A DNA stretch of 64,000 nucleotides. Source: Candidatus Bathyarchaeota archaeon (GTDB lineage: Archaea > Thermoproteota > Bathyarchaeia > Bathyarchaeales > Bathycorpusculaceae). The stretch is taken from NCBI GenBank assembly GCA_963717465.1, contig OY970340.1:1536001-1600000 (forward strand). Direction: 5' to 3'. Position 1 is the stretch's first letter; each line of letters begins with the position of its first letter. Shown here piece by piece: positions 19,421 to 29,919 of the stretch. The notes beneath the pieces were generated by a model, which did no database searches, was not told the DNA's origin, and worked only from the letters and a program-made list of their open reading frames with translations. Both the position numbers and the translations under genes were made by a program.

Positions 19421-20298
19421 TTATTCTCCTTTTTCGCCGAATAAGCCAGTAGGCTTGATAATGAGTACAATTATCAGCAAAGCAAACGCTATAGCGCTTG
19501 ACCAGATTCCACCAAGAAACAAAGTTGCCATCTGCTCAGTAATGCCATACAGTAAGCCAGCCGACGATTGCTCCTCGTATGCTTCCTAAGCCTCCCAGAA
19601 TAATTACTGCGAAAGCAATGATTGTTGGCATCTCCCCGCTTACATTATTAAATGAAAATACTATGCCGTAGAATCCTCCAGCTGCAGCAGCTAATGCGGT
19701 TCCTACCGCAAAAGCGATGATGTAAATTTTTTCAACGTTAATTCCCATAAGCATAGCTGTAAGACTAGATTGGCTGGTAGCTCTCATAGCTAATCCAATC
19801 TTTGTTCGATACATTAAAACTCCAAGGGCTAAGAGGATAATAACTACCGCCGCGATAACAACAAGAATGTCATAGCTAATAGAAATGTCTTGCAAGTTCA
19901 AACTTAAACCGTTAACAGGGCTCACAATCATGTGAGAGTTATTTCCCCAAAGAAGCACTGATGGCGTTTTCAAAGATGTAAATCAATCCAAGACTAACAA
20001 AAATCTCGTTCAACTTATCCGTGCCTAAGACCTTGCGAAAAGTAAACCGTTCAATAACGACACCTAGTACTGCGACGATTGCCATAGAGACAACAATAGC
20101 TACATAAGCGTTTAATCCAGCTTCAACTGAGATGGCCCAAGCGGCAAAAGCTCCAACGGTAAGAAACTGTCCATGGGCAAAATTCGCAAGTTTCATCACC
20201 CCAAAAATAATGTTTAGCCCAGTTGCTAAAAGCATGTAGACGCAGCCAATGGCCACACCCCAGATTAAAGCGAAGATGAAAGTCGATGCTATTATCAT
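19421..20298 (-). CDS. livH: ABC permease LivH (two frameshifts, near 19950 and 19560)
   Basis: GLNIIFGVMKLANFAHG; GLAMRA; ILGGLGSIRGA; tail IIKPTGLFGEKE* in a third segment. Confidence 0.8.
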
Positions 20299-20422
20299 GC
20301 TAAACCTTTTTCCTCTTTGCCATAATCAATTGGCATTTGGCTCATCTATTTCTCACAAAAGTATTTAAAACATATTCGTTTCGAAACCAAAAGAAAAAAG
20401 GAATTGTGATAGGAAGGCTTGT

Positions 20423-21851
20423 TTAGCTTCCAGAGACGTATCCGTCTGGCAGAGTGAAGGTCGTTTGATTAAAGTCGCTTATGCCTGCAGCAGTTGATGG
20501 CCAGATGATTTTAGACTGCAATTTGTTAGTTGTTGAGTTCAGATAGAGTTGCTCCATGAACGTTATTGGCTGTATTTCATGATAGCTGATGCCTATACTG
20601 CTAGAAGTTCCGTTGCCTGTGCTGAACTGTATTTTGCCAGTCTGCGTAAGTATGAGGCTATCAGGCATATTCGTGTTCTCTAATGCATCGCGAACAGATG
20701 CTTTATCAACTGTTCCTGCACTTTCGATTGCTGCTTTAGCGATGTAAAATGCATCGTAAGTGTCAGCGCCCATCATTCCAGGCATCACTCCTAAGTCTGC
20801 GTTAAATGTCGTTGCGTAAGTTCCAACTGCTGATGAGTACGAAGGCATCATGAATGGATCCATTTTTGACTCCAGCAGAGTACCATTTCCCTCGGCCATA
20901 TTACCCATGCCTTCAAGTAAACTATAGAACTGTGGGTCTTGATTGTTCTCGACTGCAACGTAAACAGTTTTTAGTCCAACAGTAACTCCATCCTTCCTGA
21001 ATTAACGACGGTGTTAAGTTTGGGTTTTCAGCGACAAATACTGCATCCGGATTTGCAGCTTTAGCATTGTCAAGTGCGATTGCTGCGCTTGGATATAGTC
21101 AGTTACGACATGCAGTGTACCCTTGGTCAGCCACGACAGTGATTGGCAGACTTTCGTTTTGTATCCAGTATTTGGTTGCTTTATCAACGCTTTGGCCGAA
21201 AGCGTCATTTCGGTAGACTATGGCAAGGCTGAAGTTTCGATCAGGTGCGACAATTGGTTTCATTACTTGGGTAAAGAAATCAACTACTGTTTTAGTGTAG
21301 TCGTAGGTTGTGGTGCAATAGTGGAACATGTAACTCATTCCATCAGCATCGGTGATACTGGTGCTTGCTGTAGCTCCCTCGCCGCCATAGTTGCCTTGTG
21401 GTCCGCGTCTTGTTACAAGAGGGTTTGACGCACCGGTTATTATGAAGGGAATCTTATCTTGTATTGCCACGACTTCATCAGCGAGTGTTGCTGCGCTGCC
21501 ATATCCGCCAATGAACATGTCAACAGGAGTTTGGCTCTCTAATTGACTTACTGCTGTTTCAGCGGCAGATCCAGAAGAATCAGTGCCTGTGTCAGCGACT
21601 GCCAAAGTTATGTTTACTTTTGTACGCCAACTGGAAACGTAAACGCCGCCTTGATCGTTAATTTGATTAACAGCCAACTGAGCCGCGTGATCCATATCTT
21701 GTCCTATTGAGGTTGACATAGGTGCAACTAAGCCAATTACAATGCTTCTTGCGTCTGGTGAAGGTTCAATGTATTGAGTGTATACTACTACTCCTACTGC
21801 AGCTATGATGATTATTACAATTACGATTATAGCTATTGTTTTTCTTAGCAT
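20423..21851 (-). CDS. livK: ABC substrate-binding protein, LivK/LivJ family (frameshifted in about 20900-21120)
   Basis: N-terminal anchor; IGLVAP...AVNQINDQGG; YDAFYIAKAAIE.AGT. Confidence 0.75.
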
Positions 21852-21907
21852 TTTTCTTCTTTCTCCTCAATTTTTCTGTAGTAAATGATAACGTAAGATT
21901 AATAAAA

Positions 21908-22495
21908 CTATCTTAAGACAGTCTGTCTACCAAGCTGAAAAGCCTTCAAATTCACGTTAACGTACTTATCCTTCAGTCTGCTGCTCATCGCTTTTTCAAA
22001 AGATTCTTTCTTCACTGGAATCTCAGATAAAGCCGAAAGAGCACCTAAAAGAACAGTATTAACAACCAGTAAATTTCCCAGTTGCTCAGCGATTCCGTTG
22101 CCATCAACCTCATGGACCTTTAGAGCTTTGGCTTTTATGATTTGCATTAACTCTTGGCTTGTTTTTGGTTTAGCACTGCTAAGCGTGCAGTTAGGCGGCA
22201 TGTACTTCATGTTCACTACAACTGAACCTTCGCTCTTTAGCATAGGCAGAGTTCTTGCAGTTTCCAAAATCTCAAACCCAACTACAACATCAGCTTTCCC
22301 ATGCTCAATCAGTGGTGACTCAACTTTGTCGCCGATTCGCGCGTAAGCAACTATTGAACCGCCACGCTGAGCCATCCCGTGAACTTCAGCTTTTGCAACA
22401 TCAAAGCCGTCCAGCATGGCTGCCTCACAGTAAATATCGCTTAAAACAACAACTCCTTGCCCCCCAACGCCTGAAAAAATAACGTCTAACTTCAT
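21908..22495 (-). CDS. iorB: indolepyruvate:ferredoxin oxidoreductase beta subunit
   Basis: GVGGQG, EVHGMAQRGGS. Confidence 0.92.
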   Translation of the reverse strand: MKLDVIFSGVGGQGVVVLSDIYCEAAMLDGFDVAKAEVHGMAQRGGSIVAYARIGDKVESPLIEHGKADVVVGFEILETARTLPMLKSEGSVVVNMKYMPPNCTLSSAKPKTSQELMQIIKAKALKVHEVDGNGIAEQLGNLLVVNTVLLGALSALSEIPVKKESFEKAMSSRLKDKYVNVNLKAFQLGRQTVLR

Positions 22496-24684
22496 TTCTC
22501 TTTTCTCCCAACAGCGTCAAAAGGGCAAATCGCTTCACACACGCCGCATCCATAACAAAGCGTTGGATCAATTTCCGCATGCTCTCCAGATAAGGATATG
22601 GCTGGGCAACCGAAAGCTTTCACGCATAACCCACATGCATTACATTCATCTTTAACCTTCCTTATCTGACCTTTACTGATTAAAAGCGGACATGGTCTCT
22701 GAGAAATAACCACAGACGGCCCATTATAAACAAGCACATCCCTTAACACTTTAATCGTGCCATCAACATCATAAGGGTCAACAACATCTACCCTGTCAAT
22801 TCCAAGTCCCTTGGCAACGTCAATGAGTCTGACTATTTTAGCGTCTTGACCCATCGCTGTTTTCCCAGAAGCAGGTGTTGGCTGATGACCAGTCATAGCA
22901 ACAATATTATTATCAAGAATAACCACGCAGACATTAGCCTTATTATAAACTATATTCAACAAGCCAGGCATGCCAGCGTGAAAAAAAGTGGAATCTCCAA
23001 TAACTGCAAAAACCTTATCATCAACACCTGCATGAACCATTCCAGCAGCTTGAGAAATTCCTGCCCCCATGCAGAGGCATGTTTGAACCGCGTTAACTGG
23101 TGGCAAAACGCCTAAAGTGTAACAGCCAATGTCGCCTGTAACAATTTTGTCTTTCGATTTTCCTGTCAGTGTTAAAGCGTTTTCAGGGCAAAGCTGAATA
23201 CATTTTGGATCGCCTTGACAGGTATCGCAAATTATAATTTTCTTCTTGCTTGGATGCAACGTGATGGCTCCGTACTCGCAGGATTCGATGCACCAGCCGC
23301 AACCATTGCATTCATCTTCGTAGACATTTATTATTCCTGTTTCTTTTGACTGCGTTAATGCGTTTTTCGGGCAAGATTTCACGCATGGTGCGTTAAAGCA
23401 TGTTTTGCAGGTTATTGCTGTGTTAAAGGTTTGGCTCAAACGCAGCGAGCGGATACGCGATTTTAAGGGGTTAAAGACTTTTTCTTTCTCATAGCTGCAG
23501 GCGTACTCGCATATATCGCATCCTACACATTTTTGACTGTCGCAATTAACGAATGGATTAACCATTCCTAAAGCGTAATAAAACGCTCTATGCGGGCAAC
23601 CTGGGCAAAGAACTGGTGGACGTGGCGGCAAATCTAAAATCTCTTTTTTCTTAGCCTTCTCCGCTAATCCCAAGTTTGCAAATGCTTCGCGTATCGCGTC
23701 GGGAGTAAATTCGCCGATTTCTTCTAACTTTAACGCTTTTTTGCCAGAAATATCCAGCCTCAACCGCTGAATGTTTTCTTCAAGATATGGCCTTAATTCC
23801 TCAATCACAATTAGCTTCTTTACTTTAGCCGCAAACTTCTTCACTATCGCATCTGGAAAGGGATACACAAAGCCGAGTTTTAACCAAGAAAACCTTTTCG
23901 CATCTAGTACAGAACGCGTGTAGTAATAACCTACCCCGCTTCCAACAATACCCACATCACTGTTATTGTCTTCAATGGAGTTGAATCTTGATTTTTCGGC
24001 AAGCTTTTTTGCCTCCACTAACCTGCCCTCCAAAATTCTATGTTGCCTAATGGCGTTGGAAGGCACCATGACCCATTTTTCGCCTTTTTTATCAAACTCT
24101 ACTCTTCGGGTGATTCTCTGGAACTCGCCCATTTTTACTCTTGCTTTTCCATGGGCAACTCGAGTGGTAAGCCTCAAAATTACGGGTAGATTTAATTCTT
24201 CGCTTAGTTCAAACGCATCCCTTGCCATGTCTAAAGCTTCCTGAGGGTTTCCAGCATCCAACAAAGGCAGTTTCGAATGAACCGCGAAAAATCTAGTATC
24301 CTGCTCATTTTGGCTACTGTGCAAGGCTGGATCATCGCATATTGCGATTAACATTCCGCCTACCACACCAGTGTAAGCCAGCGTCATTGCAGCGTCCGCA
24401 GCGACGTTTAATCCAACATGCTTCATGGATACGATTGCTCTTGCACCACTCATCGAAGCGCCTGCCGCAACTTCTGTTGCGACAATCTCGTTAACGCTCC
24501 ATTCAGCGTAGATGTCGCGTTCTTTTGCAGCTTCAGCAAGAGCTTCTAAAATCTCAGTTGCGGGAGTGCCAGGATAAGAAGCAGCAACCTTAACGCCTGC
24601 TTCAATTGCCCCTCTTGCAACTGCTTCATCGCCGTTAAGCAGGGCATAACTGCCAGGCTTAGCCACTGCAATCTTTGAAGTCAT
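22492..24684 (-). CDS. iorA: indolepyruvate:ferredoxin oxidoreductase alpha subunit with inserted polyferredoxin domain
   Basis: YPGTP, MKHVGLNVAAD, RPPVLCPGCPHR, GDIGCY, GDSTFFH, AMTGHQP. Confidence 0.92.
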   Translation of the reverse strand: MTSKIAVAKPGSYALLNGDEAVARGAIEAGVKVAASYPGTPATEILEALAEAAKERDIYAEWSVNEIVATEVAAGASMSGARAIVSMKHVGLNVAADAAMTLAYTGVVGGMLIAICDDPALHSSQNEQDTRFFAVHSKLPLLDAGNPQEALDMARDAFELSEELNLPVILRLTTRVAHGKARVKMGEFQRITRRVEFDKKGEKWVMVPSNAIRQHRILEGRLVEAKKLAEKSRFNSIEDNNSDVGIVGSGVGYYYTRSVLDAKRFSWLKLGFVYPFPDAIVKKFAAKVKKLIVIEELRPYLEENIQRLRLDISGKKALKLEEIGEFTPDAIREAFANLGLAEKAKKKEILDLPPRPPVLCPGCPHRAFYYALGMVNPFVNCDSQKCVGCDICEYACSYEKEKVFNPLKSRIRSLRLSQTFNTAITCKTCFNAPCVKSCPKNALTQSKETGIINVYEDECNGCGWCIESCEYGAITLHPSKKKIIICDTCQGDPKCIQLCPENALTLTGKSKDKIVTGDIGCYTLGVLPPVNAVQTCLCMGAGISQAAGMVHAGVDDKVFAVIGDSTFFHAGMPGLLNIVYNKANVCVVILDNNIVAMTGHQPTPASGKTAMGQDAKIVRLIDVAKGLGIDRVDVVDPYDVDGTIKVLRDVLVYNGPSVVISQRPCPLLISKGQIRKVKDECNACGLCVKAFGCPAISLSGEHAEIDPTLCYGCGVCEAICPFDAVGRKEK

Positions 24685-24696
24685 AAATTTGATCCT

Positions 24697-26028
24697 TTAC
24701 ATTTTGCCCTTTCGTAAATCTAACACTCTTTTTGCTTTTCCTTCAGTTCTCGGAATTTCTCCGCACTTTACGATTTCAACATCCGCGGTCAATCCGGTGA
24801 CAATGTGAATTCTCTGCTGAATATCATTTTTAAGAGCATTCTTGTCTATCTTCGAATTCTTAGAGGCTTGATCTGACAGTTCAACTTTAACAAGGAAAGT
24901 ATCTAATGCCCCTGGTCTATCTAGAATGATTTGGTATTGAGTGGCTAATTCTGAGAAACACATCACAGCATACTCTATCTGCGAGGGAAAAACGTTCACT
25001 CCCCTAACGATTAGCATGTCATCAGACCTGCCGTGCACGCGCATCATTCTTGCATGCGTGCGACCGCACTTACACACGTCTGTTTCTATCTTAGAAATGT
25101 CTCGTGTTCTGTAGCGAAGCATCGGTAAACCTGTTTTTGTAAGCGTAGTAAATACGAGTTCACCTTCTTCTCCAGCAGGCAATGGTTCGCCTGTATCAGG
25201 ATCAATTGTTTCAACGATAAAGTGATCTTCCCAAATGTGCAAGCCCTTATGCTCGGGGCACTCAACTGAGACGCCTGGTCCGCATAGTTCAGTTAAACCG
25301 TAAATGTCAAACGCTTCGATTCCAAGTTCCTGCTCAATTCTCTCCCTAATCTTATCTGACCAAGGTTCAGCCCCGAAGAGTCCCAGTCTTAATTTGAGGT
25401 CTTTTTTCGGGTTTATGCCTTCCTGAGCCATGGTTTCCGCAAGGTAAACGGCAAAGCTCGGTGTGCAGGCTAATGTTGTTACGCCCAGGTCTTTCATCAG
25501 TTTGATTTGTCTTTGTGTCATTCCGCCGCTTGCAGGAATTATTTTGGTTCCGATTTTTTGTGCACCATAATGGAATCCAAGTCCGCCTGTAAATAATCCG
25601 TAACCGTACGCGATATGGATAACGTCATTTGGTCTAGCGCCAGCAGCGTATATTGAACGTGCCATTAGTTCCTGCCATACATCCATGTCTTCTTTTGTGT
25701 AGGCACCAATTATAGGGTTTCCTGTAGTTCCGCTTGAAGCATGAATTTCGACGATTTCATCGGATTTCACGGTTACCATTCCAAACGGGTAGTTATCTCT
25801 TAAGTCGCTTTTCACGGTGAAAGGAATTTTTCTTATGTCTTCAAGCGATTTTATGTCTTCTGGCTTTAGGTCGATACTGTCAAATTTCTTTCTGTAAAAA
25901 GCGCTGTTGCTATAGCAGTGTTTCACCATTTGTTTAAGCTTTTTTAATTGACTTGTTCTTATTTCCTTACTGGGCATTGTTTCAATTTTGTTCCAATACT
26001 GATTCGTTACTTTTCCCCCTGCTTTCAA
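24697..26028 (-). CDS. paaK: phenylacetate-CoA ligase family protein
   Basis: HASSGTTG, YGLFTGGLG, YGLTE, RYRTRD, GRSDDMLIVRGVNVFP. Confidence 0.93.
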   Translation of the reverse strand: MKAGGKVTNQYWNKIETMPSKEIRTSQLKKLKQMVKHCYSNSAFYRKKFDSIDLKPEDIKSLEDIRKIPFTVKSDLRDNYPFGMVTVKSDEIVEIHASSGTTGNPIIGAYTKEDMDVWQELMARSIYAAGARPNDVIHIAYGYGLFTGGLGFHYGAQKIGTKIIPASGGMTQRQIKLMKDLGVTTLACTPSFAVYLAETMAQEGINPKKDLKLRLGLFGAEPWSDKIRERIEQELGIEAFDIYGLTELCGPGVSVECPEHKGLHIWEDHFIVETIDPDTGEPLPAGEEGELVFTTLTKTGLPMLRYRTRDISKIETDVCKCGRTHARMMRVHGRSDDMLIVRGVNVFPSQIEYAVMCFSELATQYQIILDRPGALDTFLVKVELSDQASKNSKIDKNALKNDIQQRIHIVTGLTADVEIVKCGEIPRTEGKAKRVLDLRKGKM

Positions 26029-26729
26029 AGTCCAAGGTACACTTCCTTAATATGACTATTAGTTAGTAGTTCCCTGCTTTTTCCTTCTAAAATTATTTTT
26101 CCTTCTTCAAGAACGTATCCGCGGTCAGCAATGTTTAATGATTCATGGATATTCTGTTCAACCAACAAGACAGTTACTCCTTCCTCATTGATTTTGCGAA
26201 CTGTATCCAAAACTTTCTCGACAATAATCGGCGCTAAGCCTAATGACGGTTCATCAAGAATCAGTAGTTTAGGGTTAGACATTAAGCTCCTGCAGACAAC
26301 AAGCATTTGCTGCTCGCCGCCGCTGAGAGTTTGAGCAAGCGCTTTTTCCTTCTTTTTCAATACTGGGAAGATTTCGTAGACTTTTTCTTTTGTTTCTTTA
26401 ACTTTGGCTCTGCCCTTTACCGTGTAGCCGCCTAAAAGCAGGTTCTCCTCAACAGTCATTTTAGGAAAGATTTCCCTGCCTTCAGGAATCATTGTTAATC
26501 CCCTCTTTACTATTTCGTTAGTGGCAAGTTTCTCGATGTTTTTTCCATCGAAGCGTATTACTCCCTTTTTAGGATGAAGCAAACCCATGATTGTTTTTAC
26601 AAGGGTAGTTTTTCCAGCTCCGTTAGGTCCAATGATGCTGACGATTTCCTTTTCTTCAATGCGAAATGACAAATCGCGCAGTATCTGCACCATGCCATAA
26701 CCCGCTGAAACGTTTTCAACTTCTAACAT
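26025..26729 (-). CDS. livF: ABC ATPase LivF
   Basis: GPNGAGKTT, LSGGEQQM, LDEPSLGLAP. Confidence 0.92.
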   Translation of the reverse strand: MLEVENVSAGYGMVQILRDLSFRIEEKEIVSIIGPNGAGKTTLVKTIMGLLHPKKGVIRFDGKNIEKLATNEIVKRGLTMIPEGREIFPKMTVEENLLLGGYTVKGRAKVKETKEKVYEIFPVLKKKEKALAQTLSGGEQQMLVVCRSLMSNPKLLILDEPSLGLAPIIVEKVLDTVRKINEEGVTVLLVEQNIHESLNIADRGYVLEEGKIILEGKSRELLTNSHIKEVYLGL

Positions 26730-26730
26730 C

Positions 26731-27462
26731 TTAATCCTCGCCGAAGTTGAATCTCTTTCCCAAATACACTTTTACAACGTTTTCGTTGCAAACTATTTCT
26801 TTTGGGGCTCCTTCGCAGATTTTTTCTCCATGATGAAGAACAATGACTCGATTGCATAATCCCATGATTACTTTCATTACATGCTCTACCATGAGAATGG
26901 TTACGCCTTGCTTGTTGATTAGCCTAATTAAGCTTATTGCTTCATCAGATTCCTTAGGCGTCAAGCCAGTGAGAAGTTCATCTAACAAGAGCAATTTAGG
27001 GTTTGTAGCCAAAGCCTTAGCAAGTTGAATCCGCCTCAGTTCAACAACGTTTAGATTTTTCGCTTTAGTGTTAAATTTCTCCTTACTTAAACCAACAAAT
27101 TCCAAAAATTCTTGAGATTTGCTTAATTGTTCATTTCTAGCGAGTTTTTGGTTAAAAAGCAAACTTGTTAATACATTTTCAACGGCCGTCATTTCTGGGA
27201 ATGATTGGACTGTTTGTGCAGTCTTAGTGATACCTCTCCTACAGATTGCATATGGCCGGAGCTTCGTTATTTCCTTATCCAAAAAAATTATTTTGCCTGA
27301 ATCCGGCTTGTAAACGCCGCTGATTAAGTTTAAAAGGGTTGATTTTCCAGAGCCGTTTGGCCCAACAAGTCCAGCGATTTCACCCTGGTTAACGGTTAAG
27401 TCTACTTTTTTTAATGCTTGAAGCCCTCCAAACTGTTTTGAGACTTCTATGCACGTTAACAA
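26731..27462 (-). CDS. livG: ABC ATPase LivG
   Basis: FGGLQAL, GPNGSGKST, VEHVM, VYLG. Confidence 0.9.
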   Translation of the reverse strand: MLTCIEVSKQFGGLQALKKVDLTVNQGEIAGLVGPNGSGKSTLLNLISGVYKPDSGKIIFLDKEITKLRPYAICRRGITKTAQTVQSFPEMTAVENVLTSLLFNQKLARNEQLSKSQEFLEFVGLSKEKFNTKAKNLNVVELRRIQLAKALATNPKLLLLDELLTGLTPKESDEAISLIRLINKQGVTILMVEHVMKVIMGLCNRVIVLHHGEKICEGAPKEIVCNENVVKVYLGKRFNFGED

Positions 27463-27583
27463 TCCGTAGACTCACCCAATTTCGTTAAGTTAGTGCAAAA
27501 GTGAAAATATAAATATTCTTCAATTCAACATGGCACGGAAAATAAAACTCGGATAGTCTTTTTAGAAAAAGAATCTATAAATA

Positions 27584-28063
27584 TTGTTTATAACAAAATC
27601 AGTACAGGGTGCCTGTTTGACTATACCTCAAGTAAGCGTATTCCTGGATAATCATCCTGGATCCCTTCATGACGTAATGATGCAGTTAGACAAGAATCAA
27701 ATCAAAGTTTTCGCCTTATCCATCGCAGATGCAGGCGAATTTGGCTTAGTGCGAATGATAACTCAAAAACCTCAAAAGACAATTCAACTTCTTGAAGACG
27801 CAGAATTTAACCTTGCAAAATCTAAAAAGAACACTGAAGCCACCGCAGTTTTCATTACTGAAGAAGACAATCTGTCAAAGATAACAAAAATCCTCGGAGA
27901 GGGCGGCATAAACATTGAATATGCATATTCTTCAGCAATCCATGTAGAAGGCAAAATTGCATTAATACTACGACCCAGCAATATTGAGAAAGCCGAGCAA
28001 ATGCTAACAGCTAAAGGCATATTCATCCTTTCACTTGACCAAATCGAAAAATACTTCCAATAA
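27584..28063 (+). CDS. tandem ACT-domain protein (paaK-associated type); true start probably about 27617
   Basis: QVSVFLDNHPGSL...ALSIADAGEFGLVR; GINIEYAY. Confidence 0.85.
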   Translation: MFITKSVQGACLTIPQVSVFLDNHPGSLHDVMMQLDKNQIKVFALSIADAGEFGLVRMITQKPQKTIQLLEDAEFNLAKSKKNTEATAVFITEEDNLSKITKILGEGGINIEYAYSSAIHVEGKIALILRPSNIEKAEQMLTAKGIFILSLDQIEKYFQ

Positions 28064-28339
28064 ATAACAAAGAACCTACAGATTTCAATAGATTAGCGAG
28101 TTTAAATCGCATGACGATATCAATAACTTTTTCAATTTGGGCTGCATTCTGCCATGGAAAGTTCACGAAGCATTTGTAAACGCTAAACTTGCGCCTTATC
28201 TTGGTTTCTCGCGCACCCGAACAGTTTGGCACTTTCGTTAATAGAAGACAATAGGAAGTGTTCTTGCAGAGATCATGGCGTAACATTGCTTTAAATCTTT
28301 AACTATTTCGTTGCTAACATAAAATAAGAGTGGTCTCGG

Positions 28340-29884
28340 ATGGAGTTAACAGTCGACATTTTATATATCACTACGGGCGGAAGCAGAATCGCCATTTTGA
28401 ACGAGAAGAACGCCAATTTACTGGGCGTTCACAGTTCAGACAGAATAAAAATAACTTATGACAGCAAAGAAATGATTGCAATCGCAAACATTTCAGCTAA
28501 ATTCCCAGTAAACCATGTCGGACTCTATGAGGAAACCGCTTCTGCCGCTGACGTAAAAAAAGGCGCAACCGTTAACGTGGAGTTAGCACAACTCCCCGAA
28601 TCGCTTATGAATGTGAGAGCAAAACTTCACGGATTACGACTTCGCGAAGAAGATATCCTGACTATCGTAAAGGACGTAGTTGAGAGGCATTTAAGCACTG
28701 TTGAAATAGCTGCTTTCTTAACAGCCCTTAGCATCCATGGTTTAAGCATCAGCGAAAATGAAGCCTTATCAAGAGCCATGGTTGCAACGGGAAAAACGAT
28801 TAGCTTTGGCGGTAAACAAATTCTTGATAAGCATAGTGTAGGCGGAATACCGGGCGACAAGACCTCAATGGTAGTCGTGCCCATTATTGCCGCCGCAGGA
28901 TTCACAATTCCCAAAACCTCATCCAGAGCGATTACTTCTCCCTCCGGCACTGCTGACCGAGTTGAAACGCTTTGCCCCGTAAACTTGGCGATTGACGAAA
29001 TAAAAAGTGTTGTTTCCAAAACAAACGGCTGCTTGGTTTGGGGAGGAGCTTTAGAATTAGCGCCAGCTGACGACTTGTTCATTCAGGTTGAATACCCCTT
29101 GGGAATCGACCCATTGCTGTTGCCTTCAATCTTAAGCAAGAAAAAAGCAATCGGCGCAACGCACGTGATTATTGATATTCCAACAGGCGTGGGCGCAAAA
29201 ATTAAGACAAGAACCGAAGCCTACACTTTAGCTTCTGACTTTATCGATTTAGGCAAACGTTTAGACTTGAACATTCAATGTGCGTTAACTTATGGTGACC
29301 AACCACTTGGAAGCACGATGGGACCTGCCCTTGAAGCTCAAGAAGCCTTGAAGGCACTTATGGGTGCAGGACCGCCGGATTTGCGAGAAAAAGCCGTAAG
29401 TCTTTCAGGTTTACTCTTGGAAATGGTTGGCGTTGAAAACGGACGAGAAAAAGCTGAAGATTTAATAGATTCTGGCAAAGCTGAAAAGAAACTTCGAGAA
29501 ATTATAGAGGCTCAAGGTGGAAACCCAAGAATTAAGCCTGATGACCTTCCAGTTGGCAAAGAAAAAGCTGAATTCAGGTCAAATTGTTCAGGAAAAGTCT
29601 TGTGGCTCAGCACTGATGACCTAGTTAGAATTGCACGCGAAGCTGGGACACCTAAAGAGAAAGGCGCAGGCATAGTACTTAAGGCAAAGCTAGGTGCAAC
29701 AGTGCACAAAGACAGCGTATTGTTCGAAATTTACGCTGAACGAAGCAGCAAGCTAACAGCGGCTTTAGAGCTTGCAAATAAATTGCAACCTATAGTTCTA
29801 AGCAAGAAACCCGAGGAAAAAATGATTTTAGATCAAGTCCCTCAAAGAGGACTTCACGAAAAAACATTCATGCTTGACAGATGA
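28340..29884 (+). CDS. AMP phosphorylase (thymidine phosphorylase family)
   Basis: DKHSVGGIPGDKT, KTSSRAITSPSGTAD, N-terminal extension typical of archaeal AMPpase. Confidence 0.9.
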   Translation: MELTVDILYITTGGSRIAILNEKNANLLGVHSSDRIKITYDSKEMIAIANISAKFPVNHVGLYEETASAADVKKGATVNVELAQLPESLMNVRAKLHGLRLREEDILTIVKDVVERHLSTVEIAAFLTALSIHGLSISENEALSRAMVATGKTISFGGKQILDKHSVGGIPGDKTSMVVVPIIAAAGFTIPKTSSRAITSPSGTADRVETLCPVNLAIDEIKSVVSKTNGCLVWGGALELAPADDLFIQVEYPLGIDPLLLPSILSKKKAIGATHVIIDIPTGVGAKIKTRTEAYTLASDFIDLGKRLDLNIQCALTYGDQPLGSTMGPALEAQEALKALMGAGPPDLREKAVSLSGLLLEMVGVENGREKAEDLIDSGKAEKKLREIIEAQGGNPRIKPDDLPVGKEKAEFRSNCSGKVLWLSTDDLVRIAREAGTPKEKGAGIVLKAKLGATVHKDSVLFEIYAERSSKLTAALELANKLQPIVLSKKPEEKMILDQVPQRGLHEKTFMLDR

Positions 29885-29919
29885 AAAGTTTAACAAGTGA
29901 ACTTGTGCAAAGGGCTTAG

